DNA of 55,845 bases, filler included, from Porpidia crustulata (lineage: Eukaryota): assembly GCA_964255105.1 (NCBI GenBank). It is 3 parts of 3 records of this genome, joined end to end, with 100 filler letters (N's around TTAATTAATTAA, not from the genome) between each part and the next. Parts side by side here need not be neighbours in the genome. Positions count along the whole stretch, not along the records: positions 37,320 to 55,845 come from CAXUWE010000177.1; 2 more parts are not named here. The stretch is one strand, 5' to 3'. This document shows positions 37,834-50,624 of this stretch, piece by piece. Under the pieces are notes generated by a model. That model made no database searches and was not told where the DNA came from. It saw nothing but the letters and a program-made list of their open reading frames with translations. A program made the position numbers and the translations under genes. The stretch's first letter is position 1. Each line of letters begins with the position of its first letter.

Positions 37834-38384
37834 TTGAAATCCCCCGCCTTAAAAACTCTCAAAAGCGCATCGACGCACCCATCACATCCCCTTTCCATGA
37901 ACTCCTACAAACAGTAATAAACCCAAAAGTCTAAGAAATCAAATTCAGTAAGAACTCGGGGTTTGCAACCGGCTCAGTCCTTAAAAAACCCATTCACTAT
38001 CCGAGGGACACGCAGAAAGGGCACAAGTGCGTGATGAAAAATTTTAAGTTTTTTTGTATTTCAGTAATATGCCATCTCTCCGTCTCTACAATTCTTCAGC
38101 TAACAGCATAATGCCAATAAATGTGATAGATGCCCAGGACCCACGCTTCGGCCCCCCAAGATACCACTGCTTATGACTTAGGATCAGCTCCCCCCGTCAC
38201 GATCATGATAAAAGATTTAAAAAAAGAAAGAAAAATCAAATATTGCTCAGTCCATGCCAGGACAAAAAAAAAACGCATGCTATGCTGACCCCAATTCCCC
38301 GGTATTTGTACAGAAAAGCTCCCATCAAGGGAAAACAAATTCCACCGTCTATATTTACAAGATCCCTTCCGGGAAAACAGGTCG

Positions 38385-41300
38385 TCATTTCTTTCTTACC
38401 CCATGTTCCTCGCCGCCCTTGCGGCTCCGTTTCTTCCGATTCTTTTCGTCCGGGTCCTTGACAGGTATATCTTGATATTCCCATTCCATATGTCGGAGCA
38501 TGAGGTCATCGATATGACCAGGCTCGTCGACCTCTCCATCCTGCCCTATGGAAATGGCTTCGAAATTTGTGTGATCGGTACCGGCGGCTTCAAGCGTCGC
38601 GGCTCGTTTAATAGTAGGAGTTTCATTCAGACTAGGATGCGCTACTAGGATTTCCCTAGGTGTTGTTGGGGCTGGAGTTTTCGGCGTCGCGCCGTCGCCA
38701 CTGCCAACGGCGACTCGGTCGTCAAAATCAGCTGCATCGGTATTGATGATTTCCTTCTCGGCAATCCTAGCAGCAGCGATGTCTTCTACATCCTCCGCTT
38801 CGTCAAACGCTCGGCCAGCGCCGCCATCACCAAAAACGCGGTCCATAGCTGCGTTGGCATCTGCGTCACCGTCTAGAGCTTCTTCGCCAATTAGCTCCTC
38901 ACTGGGAGTGGACTTATTGAAGTAGTCGGTGGTGAAGGCTCCATCTTGGATGACAACATCATCAAGGCGACGTTTCTGATTGGCCTTTCTGAGAATGTTG
39001 GCCTCGATGGTGTATTCACTGACCAACCGATAGACAGAGACGTCTCTCGTTTGCCCAATTCGATGACAGCGGTCTTGACATTGCTTATCCATTGCTGGGT
39101 TCCAGTCTGAATCGTAAAAGATTACCGTGTCTGCTCCCGTCAAGTTAATTCCCAGTCCTCCAGACCGAGAGGACAGGATGAACACATCTATTCGTTTGTC
39201 ACTGTTGAATCTCTCCGTCATAATCTGCCGTTGCTCTACTTTCGTTTGGCCGTCTAGTCGCAAATATCGGTGACCGTGGATATTGAGAAATTGTTCGAGA
39301 ATGTCCAGGACCCTGGTCATTTGGGTAAAAATAAGAGCACGGTGGCCCCCATCCTGAAGTTTGCGAAGAAGTACATCAAGCCGCTGAAGTTTGCCACAGT
39401 CATACTGCAAGAGTCGCTTGTCGGGGAACGCAATAGAAAGATGCATGCGTGCTTGATGAAAGGCATCGGTTGGAAACTGATTTCTGACAGAGCGAATCAA
39501 TTCTTTGCCGCCCTGGGAAAGAGCTAAGGGGACTAAATCACTTGCGACAACGGCAGGAGTTACACAGGCAAATTTCTGGAGGGTGGTTTGCATAGCGTTT
39601 GATCGCTGAGGTAGTGTCAGTACCATCCCCGCCATCGCTGAGGACTGCTTCGAAAACCAGTCCGCAAGATGCGACTTTTGCTTAGGCATTGCTGACGATG
39701 GCAATGACAGCAGATCGACCTTCAAACGCTCCATTAAGCTATAGCTGTACAACGGTCGTCTTTGGCTGCGAAGGCTGGTCAGGTAGGCGGAATGGCGAAG
39801 TTCTTCGAATCTTGATCGCCTGGCAGCGTTTTCCATGCTGGCGAGCGTCGACTCGACAGACGTGGCGTCAAACTCCATACCTTGGTCGACGCGACTCCAA
39901 GCTTGGCTTGTCAGCTGTCTTAACGTTCCGATAGCGCCTAGCCTCTGCTTTTGGATGGTATCGAGAGCGGAAAGCCGCTCGTTGGTACCCGGGAGCAGGT
40001 TTACCACATTCAGATCCACGGTACCCACCGGCTCATCCCGAAGTAAGCGCCTGCGAACCAGGAGCTCTTTAATTTCGTAGTCTGCAACAGCTGATTTTTT
40101 CATTGCAAAAGAAGTGACAATCTGTCGCGTTTCGAACAGATCGGGGTGATTACAGACTTTCCTTAGCTGCATAAGGCAATTAATGATCTTTAAGAAATTA
40201 CCAGTAGCTAAAGTTTCTCTGGTCTGCGCTCGGGACATGAAGCCGTCGTATAGATATCGCTGACGCTTTGATAATTTACAATAAAGCACATATTCGGTCT
40301 TTCCAGGCATCTGTTTCTCGACATCTGCTTTTAGTCTCCTTAAAAGAAATGGCCTGAGGACCTTATGAAGTTTCGCCACGATGTTTTTTCCCTCTTGGTC
40401 AATTGTCTCTTTGCCTTCCATGATCTGATCCACCGGATTCCGGAACCAATTAGTCCATTGCGCCAGATCCGATAGGCCTTGAAGCTCTTCGCTTTCCGGA
40501 GGTATCAAAAAGGCTAACAAGGACCACAGCTCCGTAAGATTGTTCTGTAGCGGAGTCCCTGTAAGTAGTAGTCGGGAGTGGGTTCTGAATGTCAACATCA
40601 TTTGCCATCGCTTGGATCGAAAGTTCTTGATGTTGTGGGCTTCGTCAAGTACCATATAGTGCCAGGCCTTTCGCTTGAAAATTTGGTTATCCTGTAGAAT
40701 GAGTGCGTATGAAGTAATCCAAACATTCCACTTGTCGTCATCCATCCAGCCTGTACGTTTTCTCTTTCGCTCATCTTGGGTCCCATAATATGTCAAAACT
40801 TTAAACCCAGGCAAGAACTTCTTGAACTCCATCTCCCAGTTCAACATCACACTGGTAGGTACTACGATTAAATGTGGACCCCAAGCCTCATGCCTTTCAG
40901 CAAGATGTGCGAGCAAAGCGATGGTCTGTATGGTCTTACCTAGACCCATCTCATCCGCCAGGATACCATTCTTGCTATCTCTATAGCCTTTAGCAAGCCA
41001 ATCCAGGCCAAATTGCTGATACTCTCGAAGAATGCCGCGAAGAAGAGACGGTGTTTGTACTGGCATTATGCCATGATCTGTGGACACTGGGGTAGTGGGC
41101 AAGGAGTCTCCATGATCATGGCTTACGGAGTCAGATGTTATTAGATTGATAAGTGATGAGCGTTCGGTTTCTGGCTTATGGGTGCAAGGACTGTGGGCAA
41201 TCTGTGTATTTCCAGCATAATGAGATGGCCTTGAAGCATCAGTGACGTCACCATTGCTCCTCGCCTTGAGGCCGACAAGGTAAGGCTCCTCACTATTGCT

Positions 41301-43445
41301 GGCGGAAGGCGTCTGGACTTGAGTGGCGTCTGGTATCAAGGAGACTTCTTCAACTTCGTCTTCGGACATGTCGGTTTTTTCATCGATGAGTGGCCGCTCG
41401 TACTCTCTACTGATTTCCGCAGCATTTATGTAATCCTTTTTGTCAAAGAAGCCAAGCAATCCTGCATCATCCGATGCTGCGTCGCTCTCTTCATCATCAG
41501 TCTCCATTGAGTTCTCATCAATATCGCTTGAATCATCCTCCATATCAGTGCTTTCATCGCTATCATCCATAAGAACGTCATCAACCTCATCCACTGCGAT
41601 GGACGCCACGAGCTGTTCAGGATTCTCAACTTCGGCAACATTTGGGGACTCGGCGTTAGAAGATGTGGTTACATTGGCATAGGGGACCGTGGTTTTGCCA
41701 TAGGGACGACAAGTCTCTGCAACACTCGCTTCGTCGAACGTTGGAAATTCATCCGAATTCTCGTATTGAATTGCAGCATATTTTTGACGGAGCTCCTCAG
41801 TAGATAAACCTTCGTCATCATTGACTGCTTGGCCTTCCTCGCTTTCTGATTGGCTTGTAGACATGTTGTCCTCATCATAACTATCAAGGTCGGATCCTGA
41901 TGCCTGGGACTCCTGACTTCCCATGCCTTCTTCCTCACTTTCACCTCCACCATTGCCACCAGGTTGTGCAGGAACTTGCCTTCTATTATCCAGTAGCTGA
42001 GTCGACTGCTCTAGCAATCTATTAAGAGCTTTTCGGCCCTGGAGTTGTTTCTCGTCTCTATGTCTTTCAAGACGTCTTCTTTGCACCTCGGATGCGATGA
42101 TCGCCCACTTCTGCGAGAGATCTGTAAGCATCTGCTTGACTCGCTTCACATAAAGCTCCGCTAGGTCCTTCTCAATTTGCTCTTTGGTTTTTGGTTGCTT
42201 CCTCTGCCATTCTGCCGCTGCAGCAAGAGCGATCCTTTTGGCATTTCTTTTGTGCCTCTCATGCTCATGCACCATCAACTTGTGGAAGTAGAGAGCATGC
42301 GCGAGCAGGTGGTCTTGATGGGCGTACTGCTGAGGAGGCTCATCCTGAGGGTCCGGTACGTAAAGTGAACAACTCTCTTTACTGAGAACACCTCCGGGCT
42401 GCGTGGCCTGAATAATACGCCGTCGCAATTGAGATTCTCTCACGGCCTCTTTGACTGTCATCGGCACAGGATTATCTGCAGCTAGGGACCCCTCCTGGTC
42501 GAGCCAACCTTGGAACGACGGGAAGCGTCGAGGTAGAAGGACATGTTCCGGGTGTTGGGTCGTCACAACAGGCATGCGAACTTTGAGATTGAGCCTCTGC
42601 GGCTTGTAGCTGGGCCCTGGCACTACAATCTGCTCGTCCATGTCTTCGTCTTCTTCTGACGCTTGGGACTCATCAATTTCCAGCCACGCATTGGTCCGCA
42701 TTTCCTGGGCCTTGCCCCTAGTAGAGACGCCTGCTGAGGCGCGTCCGGATCGGCGGTTTTGGTGGGGGGAGGTCGGTCGCTGCGATTGAGATGGCGATGC
42801 TCGAGACGCTATCGGATGTGTTCCCTTCTTGTGTGAACGCTTGAAAGGTGATGCGGCAGAAGTGGCGACAGAGAGTTTGTTGGAGGGAGCTCTGTGTTGA
42901 ATGCTCGTCATGGGAGACTTGGTGAATGTGTTGACCGTAGATTTGCCGGCTGATGGAGGCCGCTTGCCATTGGCCTGACTAAGGTTGGTCGAAGATATCA
43001 AAGGCGATGGTTTCGGCTTCGATATCCCACCATGCTTACTCCCAAGAACCTGTGTCTTCTGGATGGCGGCACGAGTTTGACGTTTCTCAGCCTGAGGTTG
43101 CAACTCGAGGGGTAGAAAATTTGTTCGTGATGATTTTCGCCTGCCACCCTCGACAAATGATGTAGGTCCATCAACAGCAATTCTTTTCCAGGGAGGTGAG
43201 ATGGGTCTAATTGTTGTCGAGGGCTGAGGTGTCGTGGAATTTGTGAGCTTCCGCTTTTTTGCGGGAGATCCTTCATTTTTGCTTTCATCACTTTCTGGGT
43301 TATTATCGTCGTGTTGATATAAAGGAGTAGTAGACCTGAGGAACCACGGTTGTGGTTGAGTGTCTGTTGGCGTTACGTTATTATCATCACAGTGGTTGGT
43401 TTGTTGATGTTCACTGAAGCCGTCGTCAAGCGTGCCGTTTTGCAT
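38385..43445 (-). CDS. SWR1: SWR1 chromatin-remodelling ATPase (H2A.Z exchange), intronless
   Basis: HSA-like region and acidic tract, then GILADEMGLGKT, LDEAHNIKNFRS, LRKVCNHPDLF, insertion, FPDKRLLQYDCGKLQ and QDRCHRIGQTRDV. First ATG is at 43445. Confidence 0.96.
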   Translation of the reverse strand: MQNGTLDDGFSEHQQTNHCDDNNVTPTDTQPQPWFLRSTTPLYQHDDNNPESDESKNEGSPAKKRKLTNSTTPQPSTTIRPISPPWKRIAVDGPTSFVEGGRRKSSRTNFLPLELQPQAEKRQTRAAIQKTQVLGSKHGGISKPKPSPLISSTNLSQANGKRPPSAGKSTVNTFTKSPMTSIQHRAPSNKLSVATSAASPFKRSHKKGTHPIASRASPSQSQRPTSPHQNRRSGRASAGVSTRGKAQEMRTNAWLEIDESQASEEDEDMDEQIVVPGPSYKPQRLNLKVRMPVVTTQHPEHVLLPRRFPSFQGWLDQEGSLAADNPVPMTVKEAVRESQLRRRIIQATQPGGVLSKESCSLYVPDPQDEPPQQYAHQDHLLAHALYFHKLMVHEHERHKRNAKRIALAAAAEWQRKQPKTKEQIEKDLAELYVKRVKQMLTDLSQKWAIIASEVQRRRLERHRDEKQLQGRKALNRLLEQSTQLLDNRRQVPAQPGGNGGGESEEEGMGSQESQASGSDLDSYDEDNMSTSQSESEEGQAVNDDEGLSTEELRQKYAAIQYENSDEFPTFDEASVAETCRPYGKTTVPYANVTTSSNAESPNVAEVENPEQLVASIAVDEVDDVLMDDSDESTDMEDDSSDIDENSMETDDEESDAASDDAGLLGFFDKKDYINAAEISREYERPLIDEKTDMSEDEVEEVSLIPDATQVQTPSASNSEEPYLVGLKARSNGDVTDASRPSHYAGNTQIAHSPCTHKPETERSSLINLITSDSVSHDHGDSLPTTPVSTDHGIMPVQTPSLLRGILREYQQFGLDWLAKGYRDSKNGILADEMGLGKTIQTIALLAHLAERHEAWGPHLIVVPTSVMLNWEMEFKKFLPGFKVLTYYGTQDERKRKRTGWMDDDKWNVWITSYALILQDNQIFKRKAWHYMVLDEAHNIKNFRSKRWQMMLTFRTHSRLLLTGTPLQNNLTELWSLLAFLIPPESEELQGLSDLAQWTNWFRNPVDQIMEGKETIDQEGKNIVAKLHKVLRPFLLRRLKADVEKQMPGKTEYVLYCKLSKRQRYLYDGFMSRAQTRETLATGNFLKIINCLMQLRKVCNHPDLFETRQIVTSFAMKKSAVADYEIKELLVRRRLLRDEPVGTVDLNVVNLLPGTNERLSALDTIQKQRLGAIGTLRQLTSQAWSRVDQGMEFDATSVESTLASMENAARRSRFEELRHSAYLTSLRSQRRPLYSYSLMERLKVDLLSLPSSAMPKQKSHLADWFSKQSSAMAGMVLTLPQRSNAMQTTLQKFACVTPAVVASDLVPLALSQGGKELIRSVRNQFPTDAFHQARMHLSIAFPDKRLLQYDCGKLQRLDVLLRKLQDGGHRALIFTQMTRVLDILEQFLNIHGHRYLRLDGQTKVEQRQIMTERFNSDKRIDVFILSSRSGGLGINLTGADTVIFYDSDWNPAMDKQCQDRCHRIGQTRDVSVYRLVSEYTIEANILRKANQKRRLDDVVIQDGAFTTDYFNKSTPSEELIGEEALDGDADANAAMDRVFGDGGAGRAFDEAEDVEDIAAARIAEKEIINTDAADFDDRVAVGSGDGATPKTPAPTTPREILVAHPSLNETPTIKRAATLEAAGTDHTNFEAISIGQDGEVDEPGHIDDLMLRHMEWEYQDIPVKDPDEKNRKKRSRKGGEEHGVRKK

Positions 43446-43979
43446 TTCAGTACGGAATGACAAGAACAGTAATCCCTTACTCGAGGACCCCCAAAGGATC
43501 CAACGATCCCCAACCAAAATCGAATGATTTTGGCATCAATCGAAAGCTTAAGTCGTGCCCAGGACCGTGATGAAGTCTGAGCGTATCATCGGGTCTGTAG
43601 CAACAGGGAGTCGCGGTCAAAGATAGATTTAAGTCTGCCTGATGAGTTGAGTTTTCGAGCAGGGCATTGCCGAACGGGGACTCATAAGCTCGCTAAGTGT
43701 ATTAGTATACACCCCTAGTTCGGTCGCCTTGCCAAGGGTTAGGGTCACAGGATTGATCTCAAGTTGGCGTGACCGAGTGGACGGGTAAGTGCCGGTCTAC
43801 GCCCATGTGGAGTACATATCAGCACGGCCAGCCCGCTATCAATGAATCGACCTCAACTTCATATCATCGAATTCATTTGCAAGGTGCTTACGAAGGTGGA
43901 GGCCAACACCATCGTCGCATGACATCGTAAAGGTCAGTTCTCCTCGAGTTACCTCTGAGCATAGAGCTAAGCGCAGTAG

Positions 43980-44565
43980 ATGCTTTCCCAACGCTTCGTA
44001 ACAGCGCGGCCTCTATCTCGCATCCTCCGTAATCCTGTCCCCACCCGCATACAAGTGAGATGCCTCACGCGGGCCGACATCGAGGATCCTGACATGGTCA
44101 GAACTCTCCTACCCTTATAACAAACCCCCTTTGATATCATCTCTGCTAACCATTCAATATGCAGACTGGTGGTTACATCAACCCTCCCCCGTTAAAGCGC
44201 CAGTTTCGTGATCCCTATGGGGACTGGTGGGACAAGCAAGAGCGCCGGAATTTTGGCGAGCCAGTCCACGAAGATCATGACATCCTTGGTATTTTCACTC
44301 CGCACGAGTATACACATTTTACGCCAAAGAAAGGCTTTTTCTTGTTGGGCTGCTTCGTTGCGACTGTGGGAGTACTATGTGGTGTTGTCAGTCTATATTA
44401 CCCGGACAGGCCCAGTGTGCCCAGGACATTTCCTGGCGGCTTATATGAGGAGCTGGGAGGGCCGGGGGCTGTATGGGTCAGTTTGATTGCGGGTTGTCAC
44501 GCGACTGTAGATGGCTAATCAACGTCTAGGCGCCCAAGGATTTAGAAGGGAAAGAATCCGGCTGA
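43980..44565 (+). CDS. NDUFB8: NADH:ubiquinone oxidoreductase subunit NDUFB8 (ASHI), 3 coding exons
   Basis: Arg-rich mitochondrial presequence, then DPDMTGGYINPP..KRQFRDPYGDWWDKQERRNFGEPVHED, one TM helix and YPDRPSVPRTFPGGL. Confidence 0.9.
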
Positions 44566-44853
44566 ATCCATCTCTTATTTTGTGATGGCAGCCATTGGCA
44601 CTGGCTTTGTACATATGTAAATGAAACTGGTTCTCGCCGTGAAAGTGGGAAGAGGGACAGCTCAGCGAATGCTGTTTAGATGTGCTCCGTACACCGATGC
44701 TATGCTAATCAAACCTGGGCTACCTATACGAGCGAAACACCCTAAACAATACCTGTAGTACTCAATTGTCGAAGTCGCCCGAAACCGTCATAGACGCCGC
44801 TGTGTATGCCATAGCCGAACGCGCCGAATAGCCTTTTCATGAAAATTCCAAGT

Positions 44854-47800
44854 TCAACGCCTAGGAAGATTCCCCGTCATCCTCCCACCACCCGCTAAAA
44901 GGCTTTGCCTCACGATCATCTCGGCCGCAGCGGCAGCGGCTAATCTCTCTTTTTGCCTACTTCGATCCTTTAGGTATCTCTCCGCTTCGGGTCGCATTCT
45001 GAGTATCCGCAAGATCATGTCGTCATTCGGGTCAGCCTGTGCTTCCTTCCACTTCTCCTCCTTGACCTTTCGCATTGTGCCCAGATTTCGGGATAACATG
45101 ATACTTTTCGATCGACGGGTCGATTGCATGGCTAGCAAGCCCGCCGCACCAGCAAACGCAGGAGAAGTAAGACTCGCTGGAGCCGAGAGCCTGTTCTTTT
45201 GCAACTGCTGCCGAGCAGCAGTAGCAGAAGCCATACGCTCCGAGGTGCGTATCAAAGCTTCGGTAGATTCGAAGTAGAAGAAATTGAGGTTCGTGATGTC
45301 AAAGTACTTAGGTGACTTTAGGACATCAAGGGGGACGCCATTGGCCTCTCCAGTTTCATCATCTACTGCATGGAAAAATTCAAAAAGATATTGGAGCCAC
45401 TTGAAAACAATGTCGAGTTCTTGCTGGTTCAATTGCCGTTGCTGTGAAGGCTTGTCAGAGAGTGGTGGGACTAAGAGCGCTTCCAGCGTGACTAAAACTT
45501 CCTTCCATAGCCTAGTCATAACCATAATCATGGCGGTGCTAGTCAGTGTCTTGTTCATGATTGCAAAATTGTCATCGAAGTATGCAAACAGAGGTTTGAG
45601 CGCATTCGTAATATCGGCTTCAGTAGGTGCCAGGGTGGCTGGCGGTGGCTTATTCCTATTGAAATAGCTGGATACGGATGACATCGAGATGCCCTTTGAC
45701 AGCAGGCTTCGCAGGGCACGTCGGGAAAGGCAGTGATTGATGTAGGCAGACAGCTGTTCAAGATCAACGGGGATGAATTTTGAATTCCTATGGATGAACC
45801 CACCTTGTCTGTGATTTTTCTGGTCATGTCTCTTTCTGTCCTTTTGAGTGTTCGAAACGCTTTACCAAAATAAAATTGAATGTCATCACGCTCACCCTCC
45901 ATGCTCACTCGTAGTAGAATTCGGCCCTGAGTATCAAGATCAAGCCAGTACTCCCGAGGAAGAAAATCACTAAAATGCGACGGATCCAGCTTCAGGGACG
46001 CTCTGCCAACACAGTCATGATCTCCCATAGCGTCCCAGTCCCAGACGGTGGCGATGATATTGAGAGGCCCTTGCGTGGTAATATCAACCGTTTCATCCCA
46101 ACGAGGGTTCAGGTTGCGATAGATTATTCTTGTCTTTGCTAGACGCTTCTGGTACTCATCACCGAGGACGATGTAGGGATCACTGTAGCCGTTCATATCG
46201 CAAGCCTTCAGGTCTTCCGCTTCGACTATCTTGATCGTGAACACGAAATTATTCACTTTCCTTTGTCTTTGAGCAATTGGAGGAGCATGACCTTGAATTA
46301 CAGCGGCGCAGGCGTCAACGTTGACTTCTTGCTCAAGTTTGTCAAGTTGATGGGCAGCGAAATCGACATTGTTCAACTTTACGAAGGACTAAAGGCTGTG
46401 TGAGCAATCTATGTTTGAACATCGCGTGGACGACAGACCTCGGGGAAAAATTGAAATGGCTCAATCTTTTCTTTATTGTTCCAGGTATCCTTTGCCAGCT
46501 GCAGCCACTTCTCTTGCTTCGTTTGATTCATCACAGCTTCTTGTTCTGGTGTTAATCTGTCCATCTCCTTACTGAACCTTTGTTCTACGATTTCGCAGTA
46601 TCGAGAAATACCGATGCCGACAACTTTGGCAAGCGATGTCATAAACTTAGCATACTGTAGGTCATCGTCCCAATTTAGCTGCACCACTCGATCGATGGTT
46701 TGGTTGAAGGAGCTGAATATGTCGATGATAGAAACGCTATGTCTCTGGTCTTCAGCAGGAATCTGGCTTTTGTCCTCCGTCCGCACTCGAAACTGGTCTT
46801 GCTTGATAGCTTCATCTACCCAATCAGTGATGGTTGACTCTGTCATCCGAATCCAACGCCAGACGAAATCCGCAAGAAGGCCCTCAATGTGGAAAGCAAA
46901 AGCAACATTTGGAAGAACTTCACTGTGGATTCGTCTGATTTCTACCAATTCACCGTACAGCTGGAAGCCATCCTCAACAGGCAATTCCTCAGCCTTCTCC
47001 TGAGCTAAATGCAGAATCCGACCCACAATGTCTCTTGCATCTTCAGCATAAAGAGGCAGAATAGTCTCCACCAGGGCTGTTAACGGGTTTACACCCATGA
47101 TTTCAGGGTTCTTCCTGTAGCGTTTTTGAATTCGTTGTGCGAGTGTGACAACCGCCTTACCCAATTCTATGACATGGAAGAATTCCCAAACTTGTTGATC
47201 CTGCGGTACGTGCTTCTCGAGGAAGCTTCTATACATCTCATGGGCTTTTTGCTGCAGCCCTTCATGCATCTGAGTACTGAATGTCTGAAGATGTTCAGGG
47301 CTCTTTGAAAAGCTCGGGTCATCATAGATGTGGTGTTCAACAACGTAGAGGATTGGGCCTGGATTCGGCGGTTTTTGTTCGTAACAATCCTGCAGCGTGT
47401 TGTACAAATCCCGCATCAAAGCATCGTGGAGGGCTGAGAGGATTTGCTGGTTCAAAGTAATATCTGCCAGAGTCCATTTACCTCGGTCAGACAGTAACGA
47501 ATGTAGAAAATTTGTGCCCTTTCGATTATCGTGAGGTGGATCGTTAACAAAATTGAAAGCAGCGTCCAAAGTATCGAGGGTGATCTCTTGGTCCATGAAT
47601 TTCTCACGGACGACATCTAGGAAAAGAACAGTTCTAGTGACCATGGGTATCCGCCACCGAAGACAAATCTCATTCAATAGCTCAGTAGACTGCTTTGAAA
47701 GAAGTTTGACGGCTGGCATATCCTCTGTAGCCTCAGAAGAAAGGAGACTAGCATCGTTGAGATCATGTGTCAACGCTTGAGATAGTATGAAACGATAGTA

Positions 47801-49060
47801 AGTTCTTGGGTCAGGCGGGATGAACGCGAAAACATTGTCTTCGTCACTACCAGGTTCGGGACTTTGACTACCTGAACTGAAGGAGCTCATATCGACGGGT
47901 TGATCGATGACGTATTTTTCAGATCCATCCGATTGCCGTAAAGTATCCGGATATCCAACATCAGCAGTGTCTAAATTGCTGACCTGGTGGTTAAACTGCG
48001 GCAGGTTAGCAGAAGGTGTATTTTTCGCCAATTCCGGGTTCGACTGCATTATTGTCAACATCATTTGAGACAGGTCTTGAACTTCTGCTTTCTTCCAAGA
48101 TTCATAGCCATCGTCTAAGTCAAAATCATCACTTCGCAAGGTCTTTCGCGTGTTCAGATTTAAGTACATCTGATAAGTTTTCAGATCCTGTAACGCAGCT
48201 TTCTCAGTCCAAATCGATTTGTATTTGTTAATGTCCGACTGTATTTGGGTGTTCCTGAGACCAAAGATACGTCCAACGATCTGGGCTAGTGGCATATCTT
48301 TTACTTCGTAGCTCAAGGGGGTTATAACCTCAATAGTTGACCCTCCTGCTCCTCTGTTACGGGACGTTGCAGCGGCCAAATCTTGGTCGTGGGCCAATAA
48401 TTTACTCTCCAAGGTTGAAAGACGACTTATCAACTCTGGCCGATCCCTAACCCAGTCGTGATCCTTTAGGACCATGCTGATAAGACGGATGAACAGCGCC
48501 AGATGGCGGTCCACCATGAGCTTCCATGAGTCATCACCAGATGGCTTCCCTTTTTGCAATTCTTTTGTTGCATTGGAAAAAAATATCAAGACCAAGTCCT
48601 CGACTCGCCGGTCCTTCTCCATCCTCTTTTTAAAACTTTTCTCAGTGAAAGCATTGAAGAAGGCGGCAAAGGTGCGCTTGACTGAGGGGTCGTTGTATTC
48701 CGGCTTTTTCTCTTTGCCCATCAAGACACTAGTAAGGCGCTTCTCGAGTTCCGACATGAAGCCATGAGGGAACCTTGTGCTCTTGGAATCTCTAAGAATG
48801 CTGAAATCCTTGAGCAGATCATTCACCGAGGTTGAGGATCGCTGTATATGAGCTGGAGGAGCTGGTATATGTTGCGTTCTCCGCGCCCTGGGTTGGAGCA
48901 GGTAGGCAAGGTATGCCACTCGGAGGGCGTATAGATAGGCGTCATTGTGCGTTATGACTCGTTTTTGGGAGCGCGAATCGTTGCGAGAATGGGTTCGATG
49001 GTCCTGCAGGCTATCAATGCGTCTATTGATGCCTCTAGAATGCGTGGAAGACGTCGACAT
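44854..49060 (-). CDS. Munc13-homology (MHD1-C2-MHD2) protein, YOR296W/git1-like family, 3 exons
   Basis: C2 domain FTIKIVEAEDLKACDMNGYSDPYIV...LNPRWDE...WDWD, flanked by helical MHD segments (HSVSIIDIF, PLFAYFDDNF, DDMILRILRMR). Confidence 0.85.
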
Positions 49061-50624
49061 TACAATCGTTAGTGTTCAGTCTTGGAGCGCTGAGCGGCAA
49101 TTCTCCACGCTCCAGATTGGAATTCGGGGTCCACATGGGTTCACGCAAGGCTTTAATACTCGCACAGTGTCTGTAATCCAGCTCAATGGAAATTATGTGA
49201 GTCGAATTGCAGTGGATGAGCGGTCTTTACGATCTTACAAGACAATGGCATAAAACAAAATCGGAGACATCAGACAGTCTCGCATTCACTCACACTGATT
49301 CTCATTCACGTGTTTCAGGATTAAGGTACGAATTTAAGATATGCGCTAGGCTATCAGTTCCCAGACCCTTGCTCTTCCCAACGTCATAGCACCCATTTGG
49401 TCTGTTTCCCTAGCAAAGAGGCTCACAGCTTCAAGTCCCGCGGTGTGGTACTCCATCAATGATAAAACCAAACGGCCACATTGACATTCCAGCTTTTCCT
49501 GGTAAGTTAAGCGTATGCATTGTGAGCTACTACAGCCATCAACCAGGATGTTGGGACCTCTGAAACCGAAAAAGAGCTTCAAGAACCTGTCAACAGGTTT
49601 TCTGCCAGACCAAATACTGCGACCTTACTTTACCCAAGTCTAATGATTTTAATGCATTTGAAAGCCAAAGTACCAAGGGAAAAACGAGTAATCCAAAATG
49701 GGATTTGGAACACAACAAAAGACATGTTTCAAAGCGCTGACTAGAGTGTTTTTGATTCCTCCAAAATTATGAACGAGTAGCAAAACTTAAAGATGAAACT
49801 CAGGCTTTGGGTATGCTTTTGGCCTTTGAAATATTATGCATGTTCACAAGTCAATGATATTGTAGATAAGGTACATGTAAGCAGGGGTAAATATTAAATA
49901 TTCTCCTCCCAAATTACCGTTGGTAACACCCAACGCACAAGAGCAAATCTAGCACGCCACTGCGCTCAAGCTGATACATACATGACTGAGCGTACTATGA
50001 TGGACCTGCCTTCTATTTAGCAAAATTTTGCAGAGACCGGCATGAGCTTCGCTTGGCAGTGAACATTGACCATAGGTATGACAGGCTCGCAAACTTTGAC
50101 ATCTCAAAATAGACGATCGATCAGCATTCTGCCCTTTGATCTAGAGCATCGTGGATCTCAAACAACAGAAATTGTCTGTAGACTGATTAGGTCAGATCGA
50201 ATCAGCCTGATTGTCGAAGATGAGGGCGCCGGTGAAAATTCTTGAAGTCCGCTGAGGACTGAGGTAGTTAGGCTGGAACAACAGTGCCGTTCCTTTCTTT
50301 CGGACGTCAAACATCATGGTGTCACATCATACTACTCTACCTCTCGGTTTCTTCTCGATCTTCGACCAGCTAATTTAGTCCTTTGATGATCTCATGCCGC
50401 CACTTCGGGCTTCTTTAGATAGCGGTACACTATGATAGTAGAGAACTATCTGGATAACACGGGAGCAGAAATTGCGTAATAGATGTCAACAAATTTTTGT
50501 TTGAAAATGGATAATAAAACCTTATGAATATATAACATTTTTCTTGTTTCACAACTCGTTATAAATACCGTTAAGATACAAATTTGAATCCGATAACTCA
50601 CATCTACACAGATTCGCCGTCACG

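Noticed and set aside
43567..43642. Possible C/D snoRNA (GTGATGA...CTGA)
   Set aside because: No terminal stem and no recognisable rRNA guide; it lies antisense to the SWR1 leader.
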